A DNA stretch of 58,728 bases from Pseudoxanthomonas sp. (GTDB taxonomy: Bacteria; Pseudomonadota; Gammaproteobacteria; Xanthomonadales; Xanthomonadaceae): contig JASGEB010000089.1 of assembly GCA_047606785.1 (NCBI GenBank), positions 1 to 58,728 of the forward strand. The letters are read 5' to 3'. Made by a program: the position numbers and the translations under genes. The number at the start of each line of letters is the position of its first letter. The stretch's first letter is position 1. The notes beneath the pieces are model-generated. The model was not told the DNA's origin and did not search any database. It saw only the letters and a program-made list of their open reading frames with translations. Shown piece by piece: positions 48,855 through 58,728 of the stretch.

Positions 48855-49481
48855 TCACTGGCCGTCGCCGACCACGTCCACCCCGGCCGGCGGCGCGTAC
48901 TTGAAGGCGCCGCCGGCGAAGGCCGGGTTGCGCTTCCAGCCGCTGAACTCCAGCTCGGTGCGCTGGCCGGCGCCGTCGGTGACCTCCATCCGCGCCAGCT
49001 GGCCGGCCGCGAAGCCCAGCCGCGCCACCTCGAAGCTGGCGTCCTGGCCGCGCTTGGGGGTCAGCGTCATCCACGCGATGCCGGCTTCGTCCGGGCCCTC
49101 GGACACGTCGAAGCGCTTGTCCAGGCCGGCCGGGTCGAGCAGCGCGGCCAGCGGGCTGTTCTGCTCCTCGGCGCCCTGCGCGCGCACGGTCACCTGCTCC
49201 AGGTCCGGCTCGTAGATCCACACCTTGGCGCCGTCGGCCACGATCAGCTGCTGGTAGGGCTTGCGGTATTCCCAGCGGAACAGCCGCGGCACCGACAGCG
49301 CGACCCGGCCGCTGCTGGTTTCCTTCACCTGGCCGTTGCGGGTGTAGACCTTCTGGGTGAACTCGCCGTCCAGCCCCTTCAGACCGCCGGCGAAGGCGGC
49401 CAGGTCGGCGCGGGCGCCGGCGTGGGCGGAGGCGGCCAACAGGGTCGTGGCCAGCAGCGCACAGCGCAGCATGCGGATCAT
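48855..49481 (-). CDS. lolA: outer membrane lipoprotein chaperone
   Basis: PRLFRWEY, QLIVADG..VWIYEPDLEQVT; ftsK-lolA-rarA synteny. Confidence 0.95.
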   Translation of the reverse strand: MIRMLRCALLATTLLAASAHAGARADLAAFAGGLKGLDGEFTQKVYTRNGQVKETSSGRVALSVPRLFRWEYRKPYQQLIVADGAKVWIYEPDLEQVTVRAQGAEEQNSPLAALLDPAGLDKRFDVSEGPDEAGIAWMTLTPKRGQDASFEVARLGFAAGQLARMEVTDGAGQRTELEFSGWKRNPAFAGGAFKYAPPAGVDVVGDGQ

Positions 49482-49554
49482 CGGGGCGGTTCCTGGGGCG
49501 GGCTGGGAGGGGCGGCAGTGTGCCAAGGCCGGACTGAATGAGCGAGAGGGCGGC

Positions 49555-49655
49555 GCCCGCGCCTGCCTCTGCGCGCGTTCGCAGGCGTTGCGGGCAGGCC
49601 GGCGGGCGCGCTCGAACTCGGCCCGCGCTTCGTCGCGACGACCCAGCCGCTCTAG
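49555..49655 (-). pseudogene. possible fragment of an ECF sigma factor C-terminal TPR
   Basis: LERLGRRDEARAEFERA..ARNACER with no start codon or N-terminal part. Confidence 0.4.
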
Positions 49656-49695
49656 CGGGAAGCGCCGCCTCAGCGCGTGGCGGGCACTTTGAAGC

Positions 49696-52050
49696 TCAGC
49701 GCGGCGGCGGCGCCAGTACGCTGCGGTCGCCGTTGTGCTCGGGCGCGCTGACCACGCCGGCCGCCTCCATCGCCTCGACCAGCCGCGCGGCGCGGTTGTA
49801 GCCGATCTTCAGCCGCCGCTGCACGCCGGAGATCGAGGCGCGGCGGGTTTCGGTGACGATCTGCACGGCCTGGTCGTAGAGCGGGTCGGACTCCGGGTCG
49901 TCGCTGGCGGCGTTCTCGGGCAGGCCGGTGGCGCCGACCACCACGCCGTCGCCCATCACCTGCACTTCCTCCAGCACGCCTTCGATGTAGTCCACCGGGC
50001 CGCTGGCCTTGAGGTGCTCGACCACGCGGTGGACCTCCTCGTCGCTGACGAAGGCGCCGTGCACGCGGTCGGGCATGGCCGTGCCCGGCGGCAGGTAGAG
50101 CATGTCGCCGTGGCCGAGCAGGGTCTCGGCGCCGGACTGGTCCAGGATCGTGCGCGAGTCGATCTTGGAACTGACCTGGAAGGCGATGCGGGTCGGGATG
50201 TTGGCCTTGATCAGGCCGGTGATCACGTCCACCGAAGGGCGCTGGGTGGCCAGGATCAGGTGGATGCCGGCCGCGCGCGCCTTCTGCGCCAGCCGCGCGA
50301 TCAGTTCCTCGACCTTCTTGCCGACGATCATCATCATGTCGGCGAATTCGTCGATGAAGATGACGATGAACGGCAGCGTCTCCAGCTCGCGCGGAGTCTC
50401 GCCAAGCTCCGGGTTCGGCTTGAACAGCGGGTCCAGCAGCGGCTGGCCGGCCTCCTGCGCGTCCTTGACCTTCTTGTTGAAGCCGGCCAGGTTGCGCACG
50501 CCCACCGCGCTCATCAGCTTGTAGCGGCGCTCCATCTCGGCCACGCACCAGCGCAGGCCGTTGGCAGCCTCCTTCATGTCGGTGACCACCGGCGCCAGCA
50601 GGTGCGGGATGCCCTCGTAGACGCTCAGTTCGAGCATCTTCGGGTCGATCATCAGCATCCGCAGGTCCTTGGGCGTGGCCTTGTAGAGCAGGCTCAGCAC
50701 CATCGCGTTGACCGCCACCGACTTGCCCGAGCCGGTGGTGCCGGCCACCAGCAGATGCGGCATGCGCGCCAGGTCGGCCACGGTCGGCTGGCCGGCGATG
50801 CCCTTGCCCAGCGCCAGGGTCAGCGCGCTGGCCGAGCGGTCGTACTCCTTGGAACGCAGCAGCTCGGACAGGTAGATCATCTCGCGGCTGCTGTTGGGGA
50901 TCTCCAGGCCGATCACCGACTTGCCCGGGATCACGTCGACCACGCGCACCGCCTTGACCGACAGGCCGCGGGCGATGTCCTTGTCCAGCGAGCTGATCTG
51001 GCTGACCTTCACACCCGGCGCCGGCTCCAGTTCGAAGCGGGTGATCACCGGCCCCGGATAGGCGCCGACCACCTGCACGTCGATGCGGAAGTCCTTGAGC
51101 TTGAACTCGATCTGCCGCGACAGGGTCTCCAGGGTCTGTTCCGAATAGCCCTTGGCCTGCGGCTTGGGATCGTCCAGCAGGGCCAGCGGCGGCAGGCCGT
51201 CGGCGGTGGCGCCGGTGCCGTGGAACAGCGGAATCTGGGTCTCGCGCTTGGCGCGCTCGCTCTTCTCCACCACCGGCGCGGCCGGCGCCTCGATCTTCAC
51301 CGGCTCGCGTTTGGCCTGCCTGACCGCCTCGGTCTTGCGAACTTCCTCGCGCTCCTCGCGCATGGCGCGCACCTGCTGCCACTGGTCGGCCTGCTTGGAG
51401 CCGCGCCGGAGCAGTTCGATCCCGGCCAGCACCCAGCCGCCGATGCGCTCCATCAGTCCGAACCACGACAGCCCGGTGGCCAGCGTCACCGACGCCAGGA
51501 ACAGCGCCAGCAGGAACAGGTTGCCGCCGAGCGCGCCGAACAGGGTGTTGAGGGAGTTGCCCACCAGCCGGCCGAGGATGCCGCCCGGCCCGGCCGAGAA
51601 ATCGTTGGCCGGTACGGCGCGCACGTGCAGCAGGCCGGTGGCCGACACCAGCAAGCCGACCATGCCGGCCAGGCGCAGGGCCGGGCCGAGGTCGGCATCG
51701 CCGTCGCCATCCTTGTCCATGCCGAACAGCGCGATCCAGGCGATCACGCCGAGGATCACCGGCAGCAGGAAGGCGACGTAGCCGGTCAGGTACAGCAGCA
51801 GGTCGGCGAGGTAGGCGCCGGCCAGGCCGCCGAGGTTGTGCACCTCGGAGGTGATGCCGGCCGACTGCGACCACGACGGGTCCTTCGGCGAATAGGTGAA
51901 CAGGCAGGCCAGCAGATACAGCAGCACCGGCGCGATCACGATCAACGCCAGGTCGCGCCACAGCCGCTGCCGGCGCGGATCGGCCGGGCCGGCGGCCTTG
52001 TCCTGCTTGGCCGCCTTGCCTTTCGCGCGTTCCGGGAGCGCTTTCGCCAC
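49696..52050 (-). CDS. ftsK: DNA translocase FtsK
   Basis: N-terminal TMs, [17 protein letters not shown], gamma domain [13 protein letters not shown]. Confidence 0.98.
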   Translation of the reverse strand: MAKALPERAKGKAAKQDKAAGPADPRRQRLWRDLALIVIAPVLLYLLACLFTYSPKDPSWSQSAGITSEVHNLGGLAGAYLADLLLYLTGYVAFLLPVILGVIAWIALFGMDKDGDGDADLGPALRLAGMVGLLVSATGLLHVRAVPANDFSAGPGGILGRLVGNSLNTLFGALGGNLFLLALFLASVTLATGLSWFGLMERIGGWVLAGIELLRRGSKQADQWQQVRAMREEREEVRKTEAVRQAKREPVKIEAPAAPVVEKSERAKRETQIPLFHGTGATADGLPPLALLDDPKPQAKGYSEQTLETLSRQIEFKLKDFRIDVQVVGAYPGPVITRFELEPAPGVKVSQISSLDKDIARGLSVKAVRVVDVIPGKSVIGLEIPNSSREMIYLSELLRSKEYDRSASALTLALGKGIAGQPTVADLARMPHLLVAGTTGSGKSVAVNAMVLSLLYKATPKDLRMLMIDPKMLELSVYEGIPHLLAPVVTDMKEAANGLRWCVAEMERRYKLMSAVGVRNLAGFNKKVKDAQEAGQPLLDPLFKPNPELGETPRELETLPFIVIFIDEFADMMMIVGKKVEELIARLAQKARAAGIHLILATQRPSVDVITGLIKANIPTRIAFQVSSKIDSRTILDQSGAETLLGHGDMLYLPPGTAMPDRVHGAFVSDEEVHRVVEHLKASGPVDYIEGVLEEVQVMGDGVVVGATGLPENAASDDPESDPLYDQAVQIVTETRRASISGVQRRLKIGYNRAARLVEAMEAAGVVSAPEHNGDRSVLAPPPR

Positions 52051-52244
52051 CTTCTACCTGACCTTGAGGACCTTTCCGTTAGTCATTGATGCTAAACGAA
52101 AACCAGGGGCGATTACAGTCATCGCGCGGCGCCTTCGTCTCCTGCCCTGGCCGGCCCTGCGCGGTCTGCGCCCGCGCCACGCCGCGGACCGCCGCATCCC
52201 ATCGCCGCGCCTTGATCGCGCCGGCTCCAGCCGCCACTCTATGA

Positions 52245-53261
<1,017 letters not shown>

Positions 53262-53316
53262 GCGCGGGACTGGCTTCGTGGCATGCTTGCAACACTTGCC
53301 ACGAAGCGTACCTCCA

Positions 53317-53916
53317 ATGCGCACCAATTATGTTCTGATCGACTACGAGAACGTACAGCCGAAGAACCTGGCGCTGTTGGTGCAGGAATATTTCCGGGTC
53401 ATTGTTTTCCTGGGGATCAATCAAACCAAGCTTCCGGTCGACCTTGTCACTGCCATGCAGAAGCTTGGCGAGCGTGCGCATTACATCCGAATGTCGGCAA
53501 GCGGGCCCAATGCCTTGGACTTCCATATCGCCTACTACATTGGACGGCTCGCTTGTGAGCACAAGGATGATGTTTTCTTTCACATCATCAGCAAGGACAC
53601 AGGGTTCGATCCCCTGATCACGCACCTTAAATCCCAGGGGATCGGGGCGCGACGCAGTGCGACGCTAGATGCCATTCCTGTTCTGCGAGCCTTGACCGAA
53701 GCGCCACGCGACGAACAGGTAGACGCTGTGGTCGAAAAATTGAAGGGCATGCCCAAAAATAGACCGCAGAAGGAGCGTACGCTACGTGCAACCGTGACCA
53801 ATTGGTTCGGCAACAAGTTGGACGAACAGGCCGCTACCCGGATCATTACCGAACTGGTCAGGCGTAAGGCGATTTCACTGGAAGAAGGCCGAGTCCGCTA
53901 CTCACTACCCGGCTGA
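53317..53916 (+). CDS. PIN/NYN-like domain protein
   Basis: VLIDYENVQ, GPNALDFHIAYYIG, IISKDTGFDPL; low GC. Confidence 0.85.
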   Translation: MRTNYVLIDYENVQPKNLALLVQEYFRVIVFLGINQTKLPVDLVTAMQKLGERAHYIRMSASGPNALDFHIAYYIGRLACEHKDDVFFHIISKDTGFDPLITHLKSQGIGARRSATLDAIPVLRALTEAPRDEQVDAVVEKLKGMPKNRPQKERTLRATVTNWFGNKLDEQAATRIITELVRRKAISLEEGRVRYSLPG

Positions 53917-55058
53917 TGACTGCTGGAACAAGCGCTTTGCGACTGTGTGCTCTCGACAACCTTTCCAACGTGCCAGCTGCCGCCTGGGACGCCCTGCACG
54001 ATGGCTGCAACCCGTTCGTGCGGCACGCCTTCCTCTCCGGCCTGGAACAGACCGGCTGCCTGCGCCAGGACTGGGGCTGGACGCCGGAGCATCTGACCAT
54101 ATGGGATGGCGACGAACTGGTGGCCGCCCTGCCCGGCTATCGCAAGGACAACTCCCACGGCGAGTTCGTGTTCGACCACGCCTGGGCGCGTGCCTATGCG
54201 CAGCACGGGCTCGACTACTACCCGAAATGGCTGTGCGGCGTGCCCTATTCGCCGGTGACCGGGCCGCGTCTGCTGGCGCGCGAGCCGGCGCTGCGCACGC
54301 GGCTGCTGGCCTGCGCGCGCGAGCACGTGCAGGCGCAGGGGCTGTCCTCGGCGCACGTCAATTTCCACACGGAGGCCGAGGACGAAGCGTTCGACGAGGC
54401 CTGGCTGGCGCGCCTGGACGTTCAGTACCACTGGCACAACGACGCCGGCTGGCGCGACTTCGACGGCTTCCTGGCCGCGATGGACCACAAGCACCGCAAG
54501 AACATCCGCCAGGAACGGGCCAAGGTGGCGCGCGCCGGCGTGCGCTTCCGTGCGATCCACGGCGACGAGGCCGGCGACGACGATCTGGAGGCGATGCACG
54601 GCTTCTACCTGCAGACCTTCCTCGAATACGGCAACTCGCCGGCGCTGACGCTCGAGTTCCTGCAGCACCTGGCAAGGGCGATGCCGCGGGCGCTGGTGAT
54701 GTTCCTGGCCGAGCATGACGGCAGGCCGGTGGCCGGCGCGCTGTGCCTGCGCGGCGGCGACACCCTGTACGGCCGCTACTGGGGCGCGTATGCCGCCCTG
54801 CCCGGCCTGCACTTCGAGACTTGCTACTACCAGGGCATCGAATACTGCCTGCGCGAGGGGCTGGCGCGCTTCGAGCCGGGCGCGCAGGGCGAGCACAAGA
54901 TCGCCCGCGGCTTCCTGCCCCGCTTCGTGCGCAGCCGGCACTGGATCGCCGACCCGCGCTTCCGCGGGGCGCTGGCCGACTGGTGCCGGGACGAGACGCG
55001 CTCGCTGCGCGGCTACGCCGAAGCGCTGGCGCGGCACTCGCCTTTCAGGACTCCCTGA
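53916..55058 (+). CDS. FemAB-like GNAT protein (DUF482)
   Basis: SHGEFVFDHAWA, LYGRYWG, LHFETCYYQ, GAQGEHK. Confidence 0.9.
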   Translation: MTAGTSALRLCALDNLSNVPAAAWDALHDGCNPFVRHAFLSGLEQTGCLRQDWGWTPEHLTIWDGDELVAALPGYRKDNSHGEFVFDHAWARAYAQHGLDYYPKWLCGVPYSPVTGPRLLAREPALRTRLLACAREHVQAQGLSSAHVNFHTEAEDEAFDEAWLARLDVQYHWHNDAGWRDFDGFLAAMDHKHRKNIRQERAKVARAGVRFRAIHGDEAGDDDLEAMHGFYLQTFLEYGNSPALTLEFLQHLARAMPRALVMFLAEHDGRPVAGALCLRGGDTLYGRYWGAYAALPGLHFETCYYQGIEYCLREGLARFEPGAQGEHKIARGFLPRFVRSRHWIADPRFRGALADWCRDETRSLRGYAEALARHSPFRTP

Positions 55059-55088
55059 GAAACCTCGAATCAATTCTCCCTCGCGCCT

Positions 55089-57645
55089 TCAGCGCGCCGG
55101 CGCGATGCCCAGGCCGGCATGGCGGTAGAACATCCGCTTGGTCGCCTCCGACACCGCCACGTACAGCAGGGTGATCGCCAGCAGCGCGGCGAATATCTTC
55201 GGCGCCAGCGGCACGAAGCCGAACCAGCCGGCCCAGGGCAGGAACGGCAGCGCCAGGGCCAGCAGCGTCATCGCCGCCACCGCCCAGCCCAGGAAGCGGC
55301 CCGGGCGGCTGCGGTAGAACGGCAGCGAGGTGCGGATCACCAGCAGGATCCACAGCTCGGTCAGCAGCGACTCCAGGAACCAGCCGGTGCGGAACACCTC
55401 GGCCGCGCCGCCGGCCAGCGCCAGCAGCGCCACGAAGGTGAGCAGGTCGAACACCGTGCTGAGCAGGCCGAAGGTCAGCATCGAGCGGCGGATCAGGCCG
55501 ATGTCCCAGCGGTGCGGCCTGTCCACCCAGCCCGGATCGACATTGTCGCCGGCGATGCCCATCGACGGCACGTCGGACAGGAAATTGTTGAGCAGGACCT
55601 GGGTGGCCAGCATCGGCAGGAACGGCAGGTACAGCGTGGCCAGCGCCATGCTGATCATGTTGCCGAAACTGGCGCTGGTGGTGATGAAGATGTACTTGAT
55701 GGTGTTGGCGAAGGTGCGCCGGCCCTCGTCGATGCCGCGCCGGATCACGTCCAGGTCGTGCTTGAGCAGCACGAAGTCGGCCGCCTCCTTGGCCACGTCC
55801 ACCGCGGTGTCCACCGAGATGCCGACGTCGGCCGCGTGCAGCGCCGGCGCATCGTTGATGCCGTCGCCCAGGTAGCCGACCACGTGGCCGGTCCTGCGCA
55901 GCGCCGAGACGATGCGCTCCTTCTGGTTCGGCTCGACCTCGGCGAACAAGGTGGTCTGCGCGGCGCGATGCCACAGCGCCTCGTCGCTGATCGACTGGAT
56001 GTCCGCGCCGGTCAGCACGCCCTCGACCGGCATGCCGATGGCCTCGGCGACGTGGCGGGCGACGTAGCGGTTGTCGCCGGTGACGATCTTCACATCCACG
56101 CCCATCGCACGCAGCGCGGCCAGGGTGGTGGCGACCTGCGGCTCGGGCGGGTCGAAGAACAGCAGGAAGCCGGCCAGGGTCATGCCGGTTTCGTTCTCGC
56201 GTGCATATTTCTCCCGGACCGGCAGTTCGCGGGTAGCCACGGCCAGCACGCGGAAACCCTGCGAACTCCAGTCCATGAAACGCTGCATCAGTCCAGCTCG
56301 GAGCGTTTCGTCCAGCGGCGCCTCGCCGCCTTCGGCGCCCAAGTTGGAGCACGCCTTGAACACGTCCTCGACCGCGCCCTTGGTGATCATGGTCGCCCGG
56401 CCCGGTGCCTGCGCCGCGACCACCACGCTCAGCCGGCGGGCGGCGCTGGAAATCGTAGGGGATCTCGTCGAGCTTGCGCGCCGCGTCCGCATCAATGCCC
56501 TCGTGCCGGCCGCGCGCCGCCACCGCCTCGTCCAGCGCGTTGCGGATGCCGGTCTGCAGGCAGGCGTTGTACACCGCCAGGCGCAGCACCTCCGGCGCCG
56601 GCCGGCCCTGCGCATCGACAGTGCCGTCCAGCTCGACCACGCCGTGGGTCAGGGTGCCGGTCTTGTCGGTGCACAGCACGTCCATGCTGCCGAGGTTCTC
56701 GATCGCGTTGAGGCGCTTGACGATCACCCCTTCGCGCGCCATCGCCCGCGCGCCGTGCGAGAGGGTGATCGACAGGATCGCCGGCAGCAGCTCCGGCGAC
56801 AGCCCCACCGCCAGCGCGGCGGCGAACAGCAGGGTGTCGACGGTCGGCCGGTGCAGGAACAGGTTGACCGCCAGCACCGCCACCACCACGCCGAGCATCA
56901 GCCGCACCAGCAGGGTGCCGAAGCGGTGCAGGCCGCGCTCGAACTCGGTTTCCGGCGGGCGCAGCCGCAGCCGGTCGGCGACGCCGCCGAACACGCTGGC
57001 GCGGCCGGTGTCGACCACCACCGCCCGCGCGCTGCCGCTGCGCAGCGAGGTGCCCATGAACACGCAGTTGTCGCGCGCGGCCAGTGCCGCATCGGCCGCG
57101 CATTCGCCGGCCCGCTTCTCCACCGGCAGCGTCTCGCCGGTCAGGATCGCCTGGTTGACGAAGCAGTCGCGTGCCTGCAGTACCCGCGCATCGGCCGGCA
57201 CCAGGTCGCCGGCCGCAAGCTCGACGATGTCCCCCGGCACCACCTGCTCGGCCGGGATCGACTGCCGGCGGCCGTCGCGGATCACGTCGGCCGCGACCGT
57301 GACCCGCCGCCGCAGCGCTTCCACCGCGGCCGAGGCGCGGTATTCCTGGACGAAGCCGAGCACCGCGGTCAGCAGCACGATGGCGAGCACGATCCAGGCG
57401 TCGGCCCATTCGTGCACCAGCAGCGACACCGCCGCGGCGACCAGCAGGATGATCACCAGCGGATCGGTGAAGCGGCCGAGCAGCAGCCGCGGCCACGGCC
57501 TGGCCCTGCCGGCGGCCAGCGAGTTCGGCCCGAACCGCTGCAGGCGTTCGCTCGCCGTGCTCGCGGCCAGGCCTTTTTCGTCCGAATCGAGCGCGTTCAG
57601 GACCTCGGCGGCCGGTCGCGCCCAGTAGCGTTCGACATTGGCCAT
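55089..57645 (-). pseudogene. mgtA: Mg2+-translocating P-type ATPase, frameshifted near 56440
   Basis: TGE, PELLP, DKTGTLT in one frame; TKGA, TGDN, GDGINDAP in another. Confidence 0.85.
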
Positions 57646-57767
57646 CCGCGCGCTCCCGGGGCGACCGGGCCATTGTATGCAGGAGCGCACGCCGCAGGCG
57701 GGCGCGACGGGCTTTGTGTGCGGATTCGATCGTGCCCATCGGAATGGACGGGCGGCACAATGCCGGC

Positions 57768-58505
57768 ATGAGCCAGCGCCCGTTCCTGCTCCCGCCCGAC
57801 CCGGACGCGCCGTTCCCGCCGGCGGAACGGGCGCTGCGCCAGCCCGACGGGCTGCTGGCGGTCGGCGGCGACCTGTCCCCCGCGCGCCTGCTCAACGCCT
57901 ACCGCAACGGCATCTTCCCCTGGTATTCGGCCGGCCAGCCGATCCTGTGGTGGTCGCCGGACCCGCGCACGGTGTTCCGCACCGACGGGGTGCGCCTGTC
58001 CTCGCGGTTCCGCCGCGGGCTGCACCGCTCGGACTGGGAGGTGCGCGCGGATACCCGCTTCGCCGAGGTCGTCACCGCCTGCGCCGCCGCGCCGCGCCGC
58101 GGCCAGCACGGCACCTGGATCAGCGCGGACATGCAGGCGGCCTACACCGGGCTGCACGAACTGGGTCATGCCCACTCGGTCGAAGTCTTCGCCGGCGACC
58201 ACTTGGTCGGCGGTCTCTACGGCGTGGCGATCGGCCGGATGTTCTTCGGCGAAAGCATGTTCAGCGGCGCCAGCGGCGGCTCCAAGGTCGCCTTGGCGAT
58301 GCTGGCGCGGGTGCTGCACGGCTGGGGCTGGCCGCTGCTCGATGCGCAGCTGCCCAACCCGCACCTGGCATCGCTGGGCGCGCAGGAGTGGCCGCGCGCG
58401 CGCTTCCTGGCCGAGGCCGTCCGGCTGGTCGCACAGCCGGAGCGGGCCGGCAATTGGGAGGCCCGTTTCGGCCGTCTGCCGGCGTCGCTGCTGGTCGCCG
58501 GTTAA
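57768..58505 (+). CDS. aat: leucyl/phenylalanyl-tRNA--protein transferase
   Basis: GLLAVGGDL, GIFPW, WWSPDPR, FFGESMFS. Confidence 0.96.
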   Translation: MSQRPFLLPPDPDAPFPPAERALRQPDGLLAVGGDLSPARLLNAYRNGIFPWYSAGQPILWWSPDPRTVFRTDGVRLSSRFRRGLHRSDWEVRADTRFAEVVTACAAAPRRGQHGTWISADMQAAYTGLHELGHAHSVEVFAGDHLVGGLYGVAIGRMFFGESMFSGASGGSKVALAMLARVLHGWGWPLLDAQLPNPHLASLGAQEWPRARFLAEAVRLVAQPERAGNWEARFGRLPASLLVAG

Positions 58506-58592
58506 CCCGAATTTTGCCCTGGACCGCTGGCGGGCGTAGAATGGGCGGTTTCCGCGCGTCCGCGCGAGCCCGATTCCACCGCCAAGGTCTGC

Positions 58593-58728
58593 ATGTCGAA
58601 GGACGATTCCATCGAATTCGAAGGCACGGTCACCGAGACCCTGCCCAACACCATGTTTCGCGTGCGCCTGGAAAACGGCCACGAGATCATCGCCCACATC
58701 TCCGGCCGCATGCGCAAGAACTACATCC
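58593..58728 (+). CDS. infA: translation initiation factor IF-1 (truncated by window end)
   Basis: [45 protein letters not shown]. Confidence 0.97.
   Translation, partial: MSKDDSIEFEGTVTETLPNTMFRVRLENGHEIIAHISGRMRKNYI

Noticed and set aside
57646-57767. MgtL-like leader or Mg2+ riboswitch upstream of mgtA
   Set aside because: No convincing Pro-rich uORF or recognisable structure in the short divergent spacer

Overview
High-GC Xanthomonadaceae chromosome segment (Pseudoxanthomonas-like, inferred from gene content and an AIM-1-like beta-lactamase). It appears to span the replication terminus. Housekeeping blocks: sucA-sucB-lpdA, roxA/ycfD-like, purB, fumC, a GntR/ABC operon, FKBP-ugd-slyX, cysS-sufE-MFS, the arg/pro operon (argF' argG argE argB argC argH proB proA), rarA-lolA-ftsK, trxB, aat, infA. 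Accessory genes: subclass B3 metallo-beta-lactamase, a Tat sulfatase inserted in the arg operon, pgaA-pgaC-pgaD without pgaB, an alpha-amino acid ester hydrolase, a PIN-domain gene, a frameshifted mgtA, and fluoride riboswitch-crcB. Highlight 1: KOPS polarity flips around a dif site (44281-44308) that carries a 1521-bp Rep-less, TLC-like Xer-integrated element. It has an XafT-like gene, a Rep_trans-type origin hairpin and an RHH/SEC-C gene. The RBS and start codon of the XafT-like gene lie at the opposite end of the element and are joined in frame only on circularisation. Highlight 2: an Arg-codon leader peptide with terminator/antiterminator precedes the arg operon, a candidate arginine attenuator. 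All family assignments come from motif recognition by eye; no searches were run.
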